Source: Girardia tigrina
Taxonomy: Eukaryota
Assembly: GCA_001938485.1 (NCBI GenBank)
Contig: MQRK01229959.1
Coordinates: 1 to 63,797, forward strand
DNA length: 63,797 nucleotides
Reading direction: 5' to 3'
Below are positions 11,826 to 24,426 of the stretch, piece after piece. A model generated the notes under the pieces. The model had not been told where the DNA came from, ran no database searches, and was given only the letters and a program-made list of their open reading frames with translations. Positions within the stretch are counted from its first letter, which is position 1; every line of letters starts with the position of its first letter. Both the position numbers and the translations under genes were made by a program.

Positions 11826-14474
11826 TAATTGACGGATTAAGTGATTTGATCAATTATGTCTAAAAAATACCTTCTCCCAATAATTGTTAAAATTACTCCA
11901 CATTATTTTAAAATTGATTATCTTCAAAAGTGACCTATAAACTTCCCTATGTCTAACAATACTGCTACCATTACCCAATCATCTGCGTTATTGAATCCGC
12001 TTACAGAGATGACGAGAACTCTACAATGGATGTGAAATTACACTCATTACAATAAAATTTATAATTAAGATTGGATCACGAACTCAAAGTCAATTCTGTG
12101 ATTTTTAAATGAAAGATTTTATGATCAATAGATTTTAAAATTATAAACTAAGAATGAAGTAATTTATGTAGATCATTTTTAATCTATATGAATTTAAAAA
12201 TAAATCCAACAGTTAAAAAAGATTTTCCAATTTGTCTTTCTGATGAAAGAAATTATCGGAATTCTCAAATATATACAGAAATATTTAATGTAAAAAATAA
12301 TTATTATATATTTTATCATTTCGTTAAATTTTAGTAATAAAAATAACGAAGAAAATAATTACAAAAATAAAACTGTAAAGAAACGTGATTTGAATTTTTT
12401 TTGTTTTTTTTTGATTAATAAACTGAAATTATTTCGGTATAATTAAAAATATTTTATTTATTATTTATATTTAATATTAAAAAGAAATTTTCAGCAACGA
12501 TTTACAAACGGCAAAGATAATATTTTTGTAAAATCTTATGAGTTTGAAAGTTCAAAAACAACTCGAATATTTATTTAAATTAAAATATTTAAAATTAATT
12601 CTAATTTTTTTTAATAATTTCCTACAGATGGTTTTATTTGGAAATCTTCCAATCAATCTATTAAAACAAAATAATCGAGTATTAATCAGCAGAAACAAAA
12701 TGAGAACTCGACAGATTTTATGAGAACGTAAATAACATTGAACTTTTTATTTGCAAAATAATTTTATTTAGACTTTCATTTGTTTCTTATCGTTGTTCTT
12801 TTTTTATGAGTGATTGAATTTCCAGTAATAAAATATTATATTTTAAACAAAATATTTATTTGACTGGTAAACAAAATATTCCTGACTATTTAGCAGTTTT
12901 TTAAACAAAATTGTCTCTATCTTCTTTTTGATTTTTATAATTCCTTCAGGGATTAAATAAATTAATGATAAAATCGTTTGATAACAAATACATTTTTTGA
13001 CAAATTTTTTAATTAAAAAAATGAAAACAATCATAAACTTAAAAAGATTTTTATGCCATAAAATTGTGTTCAAGATCTTTTTCAAACTCTTTGATTTCTG
13101 AGATTAGGAAACATGATCATAGAATATTGTAGATCTCGATCATTATTTTATATGATTATATTAAAATTTATATATTTAATTATTTATATTTTTGCATCTT
13201 CCTTTTAATTAAAGGTTATTTAATGAAAGAAAGGAGAATAAGAGTAACTAAAGTTGATCAAATGAATTTTGTAAGAAGACAATTATATCTAATATATATT
13301 TTTTTTGTTTATGGGCAAAACTAACCGTTGTGTCCTATATGAATTCGTATGGCTGGCGAGCCGTACCATGGTTTTCACCGGGGTTCTTTTCGTGCGGTAT
13401 CCCCCGGCACTACTAAATTGGGTGATCGTTTCTACCTCCGTATGTACCTTAAATCTTAAAAATCATCTTCTTATCCTCATTGTTGAGATTCTCAACTCTA
13501 TCAGCGTAAGATTTTAGTATCTTATCGAGGACTACCGAATCGAATTCTTCTATATTGTTTCCCATTTGAATTCGATTTTCTATCCAGTCAGTTCGACAGC
13601 ATTTGCATTGCTAGTGAGATATGCTTCTTGAGATTTAGTTTTGTCAAAGGTATAACAAAAAGATTGACGCTGTTTACTGATATCGGTGACATTCCGTTGG
13701 AATATCGACAAAACATTTATGATCAATAAAAATATTTGAAAGCAAAGATCAATGCAATCAGGTTAGGCTTAAAGATTGAAAGTTGTCTTTCTTTTTTCAA
13801 TCTGAAAGATTTGTATAAAAAATTATTTTAAATAAACTCCTCGTGCTTTGAAAATCATCAAGCTGGATTCGGCTTAGATGATTACTGCAATGATTTAGGA
13901 ATGTCAAGATTTTTTTAAATGCAGAGGTCTGTTATGCTTGATAATGTTTCATAAATGCTACAAAGGTATACAAAATTGTACCAATCAATATGATTGTTAT
14001 AAATTTTAAAAGTTCAGAAAGAAAAATTATAAAAAGTCCATAGCTTTGGAACCCAGAAACCAGGATTCTTCTACACAATAATAATAATAATATATTATAA
14101 TAAAAACACTGTTTATTGTTCTATGTAAAAGTGGTATTATTAACCTTACGACTAATAATAAATGAAAAGCAAAATGCTTATAAAATAATTACTTTGGCAT
14201 TGTTCAACAAGTTTTATTTTCAACATATTAAGTAATCATTGCAAATAAGTTGCTTTTAATTAATTAATTAATTACTTTACAAAAAATATTTTATTCGAAA
14301 AAAATGTATTGATAAAGTTTTTTCTAAAGATTTTCTTTTTGAGTCTAATATTTCAATCTGTGAGCAAGTAATTAATTTTATTTTATATATTAATTTACCA
14401 GTTTCTTCGGTAAACCCTTTTTCAGTAATGAATTATAAACTTAATTTAATAAATGTCATATAAATTACACTTAC

Positions 14475-15349
14475 CGTAAAAGTATGCATTTGCATTGTTC
14501 CATCATTAACTGGACTTCCATAAGCAGGTCTATGAGAATTGGCGATGTAGGGGGACTTGTTTCCCGCCGTATAGGCGATTAAAGATTCATCTGAATTCAG
14601 ACCGATCCAGTCGGGAGTTGGTTGTTCTTTGGTAAGTATAGAACTTGTTGGACTATGGTATTTAGGAGGCTTTCTTCGGACGCATATGATAGCAACGATT
14701 AAAAAGAGAGAAATAACAGCTGTTACGGTAATCATAACTGCAATAATTGTCATATTTAAGTTACTACTATCATCTCCGGAGATATTAATCTCAAGTTTTA
14801 GATCGGCATGCTTTACAGGTGTTCCATGATCACTTGCACGAAACAATAGAACTATTGTTCCTGAATGAAGTATTTGAGATATCCAAAGGTTTCCCGTTGA
14901 TGCATTGACAGTGAAATACTGACTAGACCCTGTACCAGAAGAAGAAGGACCATCTTCTTTTCGATATTGTTGAATGATATCAAATCTAATTTTACCATTT
15001 AATCCTGTATCTTTGTCGGTTGCTTGTAACTGAAGTAGATGATCACCAGGACGCATAATATCAGTAATATTGAAAGTATTTAAATCAGGATATGTCCATC
15101 TTGGTTGTTCATCATTTTCATCTAATACTCTTAATGTAATGTTTACAGTAGAAGTTAATGGCGATTCTGGCGCTCTTGCCTTGTCCGATGCTTTTATTTC
15201 CAGTATATAGTAATCACAAATTTCTCGATCAAGTTTCCTTAAAGTTTCAATATATCCTGTTGAGACAACGTGAAAGTAGGAGTCATATCGTTGCATGTTA
15301 TGTCCATTCCAGGTGTTAATAAGAGAAAAGGTAATCTCTGCATTTTCGT
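14475..15349 (-). CDS. Protocadherin exon: last cadherin repeats, transmembrane helix and start of cytoplasmic tail
   Basis: Cadherin motifs LDRE, ASD, VLDENDEQP, ATDKDTGLNG, ASDHGTP; hydrophobic IIAVMITVTAVISLFLIVAIICV followed by RRK. Acceptor TTTTAG at 15350-15351 and donor GTAAGT at 14474. Confidence 0.95.
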
Positions 15350-16409
15350 CTAAAACATATAATTAGATATATAATGCTTTAAATTTTCTTAAAAATTTTA
15401 AAAAAATAAAATGATCAAATATTACAAATTTATATTGTATGGTCTTTATTGACATAAAATATAATTTATTATGCTTAACTCATTCACGGGCAAAATATTT
15501 GAAGTATACATAAAGACTATGAAAATAAATCAATAAAATAATGTTGAAAAAGGAATTTTAAAATCTTCAAAATATTATTTTTTATTTGTCATAAATTGTT
15601 TGAAATACTTGTTTTGGAGTATACTTTTAAACCGTATATGACTCTCATCTTTCTCTACTTACCAAAGGATTTTTTCCAAATAATAAGTTTCTGGTCACAG
15701 AAAAATAAATAAATCTGATAAAATCAATAAGAACAGTTGAATACGAAATAAAAATAACTATTCTTCGATCAAAGAAATGAAGAATAAATATCGGGACATC
15801 TTAACCCTTGGGTATAAAATGAAATAATCTTTAATAAGTTAAGATTATTTGGAATTATATGAAATTAATTTTTAATAATTAGGATTTTGTGAATAAATGA
15901 AATAATTGTACATAAAGTGTCTCAGGAAGGCATGATAGCTACTTTGGCTTTTGTTCTAATAGAGGAACTGGAAAGATCATTTAGAGGAAAAGTTTAACTT
16001 GGGAATTCACTCCTATTTTAGGTTACCTTAAAGATTTGTATAGGGTTTCCCACGTAACTTAAGCTAAAAAATTTACATTTTGTGATTTTATTGCGACATT
16101 TATTGTATAGTGATTTCATTTTTGAGGATCCTTTGTTTAAGAGTTCAAATTTTATTTGATTTTATCTAATAATTCCTAATTTATCGAAATTCATTTCCTT
16201 TTATATCTAAAAATCCTAATTTCTGAAAAATTATTTTATTTAATTCCTAATAAACTTGATCTATACACAATTATTTCGTTTCATTCCCAAAAATTCTAAC
16301 TCATAATAAATTATTTCCTTTTATTCCCAAAAATTATAATTCATAACCAATTATAGTAATGTTCTCCAGGTGGTACTCGTCCAGGACAAACTAATGGATG
16401 TCCATAGAT

Positions 16410-16996
16410 CAGGGCTTCCAAACGGGGTCCAGGTGAACCCCAAGGGGTCCACAGCAAAATTATGAATTATATTTATAAAAAGTGTTATTCAAAAATTCAG
16501 GAATAAAGTCAATGATTTAAAATGTTCCTAACAAGTTTCCATCTCTAATAAATAAAATTGTATCAACCATAAAATGATGAAAAATATTATTGTTTAAATA
16601 AATAACTTTTTAATACTTTTTTAAATACCCAATTTTGATATGAGTAAAACAAATAAAAAAACAACAAAGGCGCTTGCACTTGAATGATAATGCAGAGATG
16701 AGGCTCCGTCTAAGTAACTTGCAACCACGGATTTTTGCTCTTGAAAGTAATAAACAGCCATAAGGCTCTCACTAATATTTTTGTCTATAAGACAGCTTGT
16801 TCAAATCGAATAGAATTTTTTGTTGAATTAATGTGCTTAATAAAAAATGAATAAAGTTTTTGTTTTATTTATATTTTTTATTTTTAGAAATTAAATGCAT
16901 AAACACTAAAAATCTTACCTAAATCAACGCCGGAGGTCCATAGCGAAAAAAAGTTTTGTTTGAGGGTCCACAGCAGAAAAAGGTTTGGAAGCCAAG
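16410..16996 (+). mobile_element. Non-autonomous hAT element (Buster/Charlie-type)
   Basis: TIRs CAGGGCTTCCAAAC / GTTTGGAAGCCAAG; 8-bp TSD CCATAGAT/TCATAGAT with central TA; internal EMRLRLSNLQPRIFALESNKQP*GSH* resembles the Buster C-terminus. Confidence 0.85.
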
Positions 16997-17441
16997 TCAT
17001 AGATATTACACATACCTTTCTTTTATTTGAATAAATTAAGATCATTTTGAATTAAATGACATTAATTTTTAATAATTAGGATTTTGTGAATAAATGAAAT
17101 AAATGTACATAAAGTGTCTCAGGAAGGCATGATAAAGACAGATTTTTCTTTTAATACGTGCATGATAGCTACTTAATACTCAATGAAAAGAAATCGACAA
17201 TGGAAGCTCAAACTGATTTTATATTACAAATAATATTAATATATTCTTTAAATAAATTAGTAAAAATAGTTTTATTAATAAAAAAAATACATGGAGTAAA
17301 TTTTTTATAAAATTTTATTATTTATTTATAAATTTTATTGATAATAAAGTTTAATTATTTTTTGTTTTAATTATCTTAAATTAAATAAAATTCTAAAATG
17401 ATTCTCATTTAATTCATTTTCCTTTCTACATTAACAAAATA

Positions 17442-18130
17442 TTAGGTTGGAAACTATGGAACGGGCGTTTTTTGTTTAATCTGTGTTCATCTGCGATATT
17501 TCAATATTTCAATATTTTTATTTATAAAGCTCCTTACTCATTTTGTAAAGTTTTTTTGTGTTAGTATCCCATTTTTATTTTATTTTTATCCTAAACCAGA
17601 TGGAAACAAAACGCAATTTGCATCTACTCTTTTTGTACGAGTTTAAATTAAATCGTGTACGAGCTTTAGCTTCAAGAAATATTAATCAGGCATTCGAAGA
17701 TGGATCAACCAATGAAAAAAATGCTCGATATTGGTTCAAAAATTTCGTTCTGTGAATTTGAGTATCGTTAATGAGCCTCGAGGTAGACCACCGACCCATA
17801 TTGATTATGAGGAATTAAGGACAACTGTGGAATCCTATCCGACTACTACCTTTTCGATTACTACCGATTACTATCTTTTTCGTAATTATGAATTGTTTTT
17901 AAGAGAAAAAAATACAATAACCAAAATGATATTATAAAAGACTTTGAATTGTTTATTAACTCAAAAAATAAGGATTTTTTCAAAAAGGCATATATGATTT
18001 GCGCAATCGATGGCAAAAATTCGTAGATGCCAATGGGAATTATTTCAATTGAATAAAATAAATAATGTGAAAATTAGCGCTTTTCATTTTTTATTTTCAT
18101 TCAACGCCCATTTCAAAGTTTCCAATCTAA
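17442..18130 (+). mobile_element. Internally deleted mariner element
   Basis: 28-bp imperfect TIRs TTAGGTTGGAAACTATGGAACGGGCGTT with TA TSD; HTH region LFLYEFKL...WFK/FRS...EPRGRP. Confidence 0.9.
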
Positions 18131-19690
18131 TAAATAACCGGGTTGATAGTTTTAATGCGTTCAAGGGTTATATATTTTATATTATTATAAAACTAAAAAA
18201 AATAAATTTTCAAAAAAATTCGAATTTCCATTAATTCAAAAATTTATTACTCATTTAAAATGAACATTTTCATTAACTCAGATCAAATGAAAAAAAATGT
18301 TTATTGAAAATCAAATATAAAAATAATAAATTTCCCTTAAAAGAACTTTAATCATTACTCTCATTGGTATCGGAATATCGATCCTTTTTACAATTTTCCT
18401 TTTTAAAGGGTTTTATCTTCTTCAATTTTTTTCCATCTTGAAATTGTAAAATTAAAATTTTTATCTTTATATTTATTTATTTGTTTTTTTTACAAATAAA
18501 AAATGATTTCAAAATGAAATAGAAAGTTTATATTAATTAATACAGTATTATTTTTCATTTTTATTTTCGTTACTTTTGAGACAAATTTTAAATAAAAATA
18601 AATTATTCAATCGATTTGCTTTGCGTTTCACTTTATTTCTAACTTTTTATTATTATCTATTTATAAAATATTTAATATTCAATGTTTTCTGTAACAAAAT
18701 AATTGTGGTTTTGGAGATTTAAATGAATTTTACCTTTACCACTTTAAATTCGTTAAAAAAACGATTTTCATATTGGGATTAAACAAATCCAAATTGGGAT
18801 TAAATAAATTCAAATAGTAAAATATAAAAAATTCTTGAGTAAAATTAATGGAGAACTCTTAACACATTAGTTGATATTGTCATTTGAACGTTGAGCAAAC
18901 AGCTTTACTATTGTCATTGGTATGGTGTAAAACCGCGGAGACCACAAAGATCGAATAAAGATTTTCGCTGGGCTGAATTCAGTAGTTTTTTTTGTAGATA
19001 GCGGTAAATTTTAAAAAGGTTCTAAAATCTTTTTGGCTGTTGCGATTTCCGACATTCGACTCTAAATGGAACACAATTTTTATCAATTTGGAATCAACCA
19101 AACTCAAGAGTTATCTGATTGAGCCGGTCGGACGGTAAAAAAATCGGATAATTAAAAAAAGCATTTTGTCTATTTTGGCGTGGTCCAATAACGGGATCAC
19201 GCTAGAAATTTGAAATATTTAAGTTGTTTAGAATAGTTTTAATTTTTAATTTGTTCGCTTTTACTTTTTAATTTAAGGTTCATTATATATCTTTTAGAAT
19301 AAACATGGCATCTAAGTGTGGCAGTAAACATTTTGTAAAAACTTTATTCACACGTTTTCCTGGAAATATTGGTTCCTGGTCTTTTAATGTTATTCGTAGG
19401 TTATCCTCGACAAACTGCTATATATAAAATGATGCATAAAAATTTCGACCCTCCTCTTTCTAAGCATTGTTTTTCGAGGTCCTGATTACTGATCCATCGA
19501 TACTCAGAGTATCTTTTACCCCTAACGCAGTTGCAAGTGATCTTCACTTACCGTTATTATTTTTGTGCATAGTACTTAAAAAAAACTTTTAATCTATAAT
19601 TTTAGTGCCTTACTTAATTTTAATTTATTTAATCCGAATACGAATTTGTTTTCTTCTAATTATGAATTCGTAAAATGAAGATTTGATGAG

Positions 19691-19828
19691 CAAATACTGT
19701 TGAAATCATGAAAAAATATTCTTAATCACAAAAAGGAATAGCGTTAGTTATGAAATATATGTATTTCATAACTAACGCTATTCCTTTTTGTGATTAAGAA
19801 TATTTTTTCATGATTTCAACAGTATTTG
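19691..19828. repeat. 138-bp near-perfect palindrome (67-bp arms, 4-nt centre)
   Basis: CAAATACTGTTGAAATCATG...TATGAAATA tatg TATTTCATA...CATGATTTCAACAGTATTTG. Confidence 0.95.
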
Positions 19829-20289
19829 AAATGATACTTTTTTTGAAATGATAATTTTTATGATACCCTAAACATTTAAGCGTCATTTAAGTCTTCATCG
19901 ACCAGGTGATAACAAATTGGCCATAAACATTCTATTAATACAAACCAAAAAGTGATTTAAAAAATGGAAGAATGTATTTTATAATATTCTGTAAAAGAAA
20001 TTTAAGCAAGAAATTAATCCTTGACTTTATTTATTAAACTATATTTTATAACACGTTTTTTAGCGAATGTTTAATACATATATTTAAACAAAATTATTTC
20101 TTTTAATTTGAGGAATTTTCTTTTTTTTCAAATATTTCCATCTTTAAACTTTGAAGAAAGTTTTAAAAGTTTTATCCTATTTTTCAATAATTTAAATTTC
20201 AAATATTTCTTAAAATTTATTTCTTTAGTTATTTTTTATACTTTTTATGATTTTATTGGGTTGTTCGGAAAGTCATTTGGTTTTTTTAA

Positions 20290-20460
20290 CCACTTCTGTG
20301 ATTTGCCCGAATACCATTCGGGTAGGTATTTTGCTGACACAGTGATTTGCAGAAATATTTGCAGATATTTTATTAGAACATTACACGGACACATTTGGCA
20401 CAATGCGATTGTGTCAGAAAATACCTACCCGAATGGTATTCGGGCAAATCACAGAAGTGG
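20290..20460. mobile_element. 171-bp piggyBac-like MITE
   Basis: TTAA on both sides; >40-bp perfect TIR CCACTTCTGTGATTTGCCCGAATACCATTCGGGTAGGTATTTT. Confidence 0.88.
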
Positions 20461-20501
20461 TTAATACTTGTTTTAAATGTATTTTTTATATTAATAATCA
20501 G

Positions 20502-22139
20502 TAGAGAGCGGAATAATTACAGTAAACCGTAACCGTAAAAAAACCCGTATTTTTGCGACTGAAAATGAAAAAGCCGTAAATTCTAATCTTGATAAATAAA
20601 CCAGTAATTACGACATTTTTGAAATAAAAATTGAAAATATTGACATTATAATATAATATTACTAATATTGTAACATAATTTATTTTAAAAATTTGTTTTA
20701 AAACACTTTTTGAAACAGTAATAATTCAAAATTTTATAATAATGGTAAATTTATCTAAATATAAAGCNNNNNNNNNNNNNNNNNNNNNNNNNNNNNNNNN
20801 NNNNNNNNNNNNNNNNNNNNNNNNNNNNNNNNNNNNNNNNNNNNNNNNNNNNNNNNNNNNNNNNNNNNNNNNNNNNNNNNNNNNNNNNNNNNNNNNNNNN
20901 NNNNNNNNNNNNNNNNNNNNNNNNNNNNNNNNNNNNNNNNNNNNNNNNNNNNNNNNNNNNNNNNNNNNNNNNNNNNNNNNNNNNNNNNNNNNNNNNNNNN
21001 NNNNNNNNNNNNNNNNNNNNNNNNNNNNNNNNNNNNNNNNNNNNNNNNNNNNNNNNNNNNNNNNNNNNNNNNNNNNNNNNNNNNNNNNNNNNNNNNNNNN
21101 NNNNNNNNNNNNNNNNNNNNNNNNNNNNNNNNNNNNNNNNNNNNNNNNNNNNNNNNNNNNNNNNNNNNNNNNNNNNNNNNNNNNNNNNNNNNNNNNNNNN
21201 NNNNNNNNNNNNNNNNNNNNNNNNNNNNNNNNNNNNNNNNNNNNNNNNNNNNNNNNNNNNNNNNNNNNNNNNNNNNNNNNNNNNNNNNNNNNNNNNNNNN
21301 NNNNNNNNNNNNNNNNNNNNNNNNNNNNNNNNNNNNNNNNNNNNNNNNNNNNNNNNNNNNNNNNNNNNNNNNNNNNNNNNNNNNNNNNNNNNNNNNNNNN
21401 NNNNNNNNNNNNNNNNNNNNNNNNNNNNNNNNNNNNNNNNNNNNNNNNNNNNNNNNNNNNNNNNNNNNNNNNNNNNNNNNNNNNNNNNNNNNNNNNNNNN
21501 NNNNNNNNNNNNNNNNNNNNNNNNNNNNNNNNNNNNNNNNNNNNNNNNNNNNNNNNNNNNNNNNNNNNNNNNNNNNNNNNNNNNNNNNNNNNNNNNNNNN
21601 NNNNNNNNNNNNNNNNNNNNNNNNNNNNNNNNNNNNNNNNNNNNNNNNNNNNNNNNNNNNNNNACTGTCAATTTATAACAGAGGCAATAAATAAACTTGA
21701 AAATGAAGCAATTCGAACGGAAGAACAGGTCAAAATTTTATTGAAAGTAATTTCCAAAGTGCATGAAGATAACGATGTAGTATTGGTAAAGAAAATGAGT
21801 GCATTGATAAAAAAGAATCCAGATTTAAATTTCTTTTTAACATATAATGCAGTTACATGTGGGATTGAAGAAAAATTATTTGAATATGTTCCACTTGTTT
21901 CTGCTTCAGCTGAAAGATCTTTTTCACTTTTAAAAATTTTGTTCACTGAAAGAAGAACCAATTTAACCCCAGATAATTTCGAAAAGTTGTTAATTTTGTA
22001 TTACAACAAATAAATGTTTTATGTTGGTATTTTTTATTTCATTATATTTTACCGTAATTAATACCGTAATTTTACCTTATTTTTACCGGAAATTATACCG
22101 GAAATTTGACATTTTTTACCGTAATTATTCCGCTCTCTG
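20502..22139 (+). mobile_element. hAT transposon (contains gap) nested in mariner
   Basis: TIR (T/C)AGAGAGCGGAATAATTAC; perfect 8-bp TSD ATAATCAG (20494-20501, 22140-22147); C-terminal dimerisation motif VSASAERSFS...RRTNL. Confidence 0.92.
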
Positions 22140-22815
22140 ATAATCAGTAATAATCATTGACTATATTATTTATTTTAGCAGTTGGTAATCAAGGTTAGAT
22201 TTTGAAAATTTTGGAATAATTAAAAACATTTATATTTGATTTTTGACCTATCAAAGACGGAAAGCAAGAATCAGCATTTACGGCATATATTACTTTTTAC
22301 TTCCGAAAGGTAAAAACGCAAGAAGAAAATTATGCGAAGTGTATGGAGAAGATGTGTTGATAGAACGCCAATGCCAAAACTGGTTTAAAAAATTTCGATC
22401 CGGAAATTTCGATGTTGAAGATTCTTCACGTTCCAGAAGGCCCATTGAGGCCGACGAAAACCTAATAAAGACATTAATTGATTCAAACCGGCGAATAACA
22501 ACTCGCAAAATTGCCCAGACATTACATTTATCTAATTTGACCGTCCATGATCATTTGACGCGCCTAAGGTTTTACATCAAAACTCGATACATGGATTCCT
22601 CATAATCTTACCGAACGAAATTTATGCTGTCGTTTAGACATCCGCGATGTGCTTCTCAAACGTCAAGAAAATGATCCATTTTTGAAGCGCATCGTCACTG
22701 GAGATGAGAAGTGGGTAGTCTACAATAATGTAAAACGCAAGAGATCTTGGAGTAAAAAGATCAACCTGCTCAAAGCACTTCGAAAGCTGACATTCATAAA
22801 AAAATGTGATGTTTA

Positions 22816-23273
22816 TGAGGAATATTTTAATTTGTTTGAATGTGTAAATGTATTGATGCTATATGTTGATTTAAGTATGTTGAATTTAGAATGGTGATTC
22901 TCCCACCCAGATGGAAATTGGTATTTTTTATTAAATTTAAAGTGATTGACTATTCAAACACAATTAAAATTAAGTTTAATATTTTTTAGTAAAATTTAAA
23001 TTAAATGCATTTTTAATAATTTGATGACATTTTTATTATTTTAAGATTTATTGAAAAATGGCAAAAATTATTATTTTTTTAATTAATATTTTTAGAGGCT
23101 AAATATTTAAAAAAATAATTTAGAAAAATTGTTCGAATAATTATGATTAAAAACAGAAAATAGAAAACCAATTAGAAGGATGACAAATGATGAAAGACTT
23201 TCTGAGAGTCATAATGACTCTAAATGTGATTGTAATAAATATTCAAACGAGACTTGTCTAAATGTTCTTAATA
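22816..23273 (+). repeat. Segment homologous to 46972-47336, inserted in the mariner ORF; begins with bipartite motif copy 2 (22816-22914)
   Basis: Long near-identical blocks shared with 46972-47336; the mariner frame stops near SKADIH and resumes at MLSV*WDF. Confidence 0.9.
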
Positions 23274-23924
23274 ATGTTATCTGTTTGATGGGATTTCAAA
23301 GAAATCGTATCATATGAGCTTCTTCCGGACAAAAATACGATCAATTCGGATGTCTACTGTCATCAGCTGGACAAATTAAATGAATCCGTTAAACACAAAA
23401 GGCCAGAATTTATCAATAGAAAAGGTGTAGTGTTTCCCCAAGATAATAGCAGACCTCATACAAGTTTGGTAACTCATCAAAAGCTTTTACAGCTTGGATG
23501 GAACATCATGCCTCACCCACCATATTCTCCAGATCTCGCACCTTCTGATTATCATTTGTTCCGGTCTCTACAAAATTATTTAGATGGTTACACTTTTGGA
23601 TCAAATGAAGATGTTAAAAATCACTTGGAAAAGTTTTTTAGCAGCAAAGAACAAATATTTTATGAACGTGGAATCATATCTCTGCCAGGAAGATGGAAGA
23701 AGGTATTGCCCACAATGGTCAATATGTATTTCAATAAAATATTTATTCGTTATAAAAAATTGTCTTTTACTTTAATACAAAAAAAACGAAATGAGTTTCC
23801 GAACAACCCAATAAATTTAGATTTTATAAAATTTCAATTTTAACTTTGTCCATTTAATTTCCATATTTCTCAAATATTTTTTACATGTTTACTGATCTGC
23901 TAACATTCAAGAAGAATAAAAGTA

Positions 23925-24108
23925 CACTTGGTCCTATTTCTATGCGGTTTATTTTTATGCGATTTTGAAGTTATGCGGATATCTTTTTCAAAAATTTTGA
24001 ATATATATGTAATTCTTTTTTTATTTTAAGTCTGTTTTAGGTGTTTTTATGGATTTTTATATGGCGTTTCTGCGGAACTTATCTTCTGCATAAAAAGAGT
24101 ACCAAGTG
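23925..24108. mobile_element. Small TA-flanked MITE (pogo/Tigger-like)
   Basis: TA-CACTTGGT...TATGC / GCATA...ACCAAGTG-TA imperfect TIRs. Confidence 0.7.
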
Positions 24109-24426
24109 TAATTCAAATAGAAATATAATTTAAATTATTGCCAATTGAAAACAATACTTTTCCAGTATACGAACGAAATTATCTATTTTTTTAAACAATT
24201 TTATTCTAATTTTTGGCCCGCCTTAGAATATGTGTTGACTATGCCGGATACTTATATGGTGAATTTAAATTGGAAAATAATATAAAGATTATAATTATTT
24301 CTGTTTTCTTCTGAAAAAAATGGAAGAATAAATATTTTGGACCTTCGTTTCAAAAATTAATTTAAATTATTTATAATTAGTGAAAAAAAATTAAAAATTA
24401 AGTTAAATTACAATAGTTTTATTAAA

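Larger units (their letters stand above)
9245..12290 (-). mobile_element. Decayed Penelope-like element 3' part (GIY-YIG domain plus degenerate hammerhead), split by the Tigger insertion
   Basis: ~11950-12050 reads CNECNFTSIVE..RHLCKRIQ with a frameshift. Removing 9384-11825 and one TA rejoins IKSLNPSI/NVQTNTSSTLSKVFN*. CTGAAGA core at 9277-9283. Confidence 0.7.
20256..23811 (+). mobile_element. mariner (DD34D) element carrying three internal insertions
   Basis: TIRs TTGGGTTGTTCGGAAA... with TA TSD; motifs [44 protein letters not shown]; frameshifts present. Confidence 0.93.

Noticed and set aside
13300-13990. Possible non-LTR retrotransposon 3' remnant (similar impression at 31750-32170)
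   Set aside because: Multiple stops and no diagnostic motif that I can cite.
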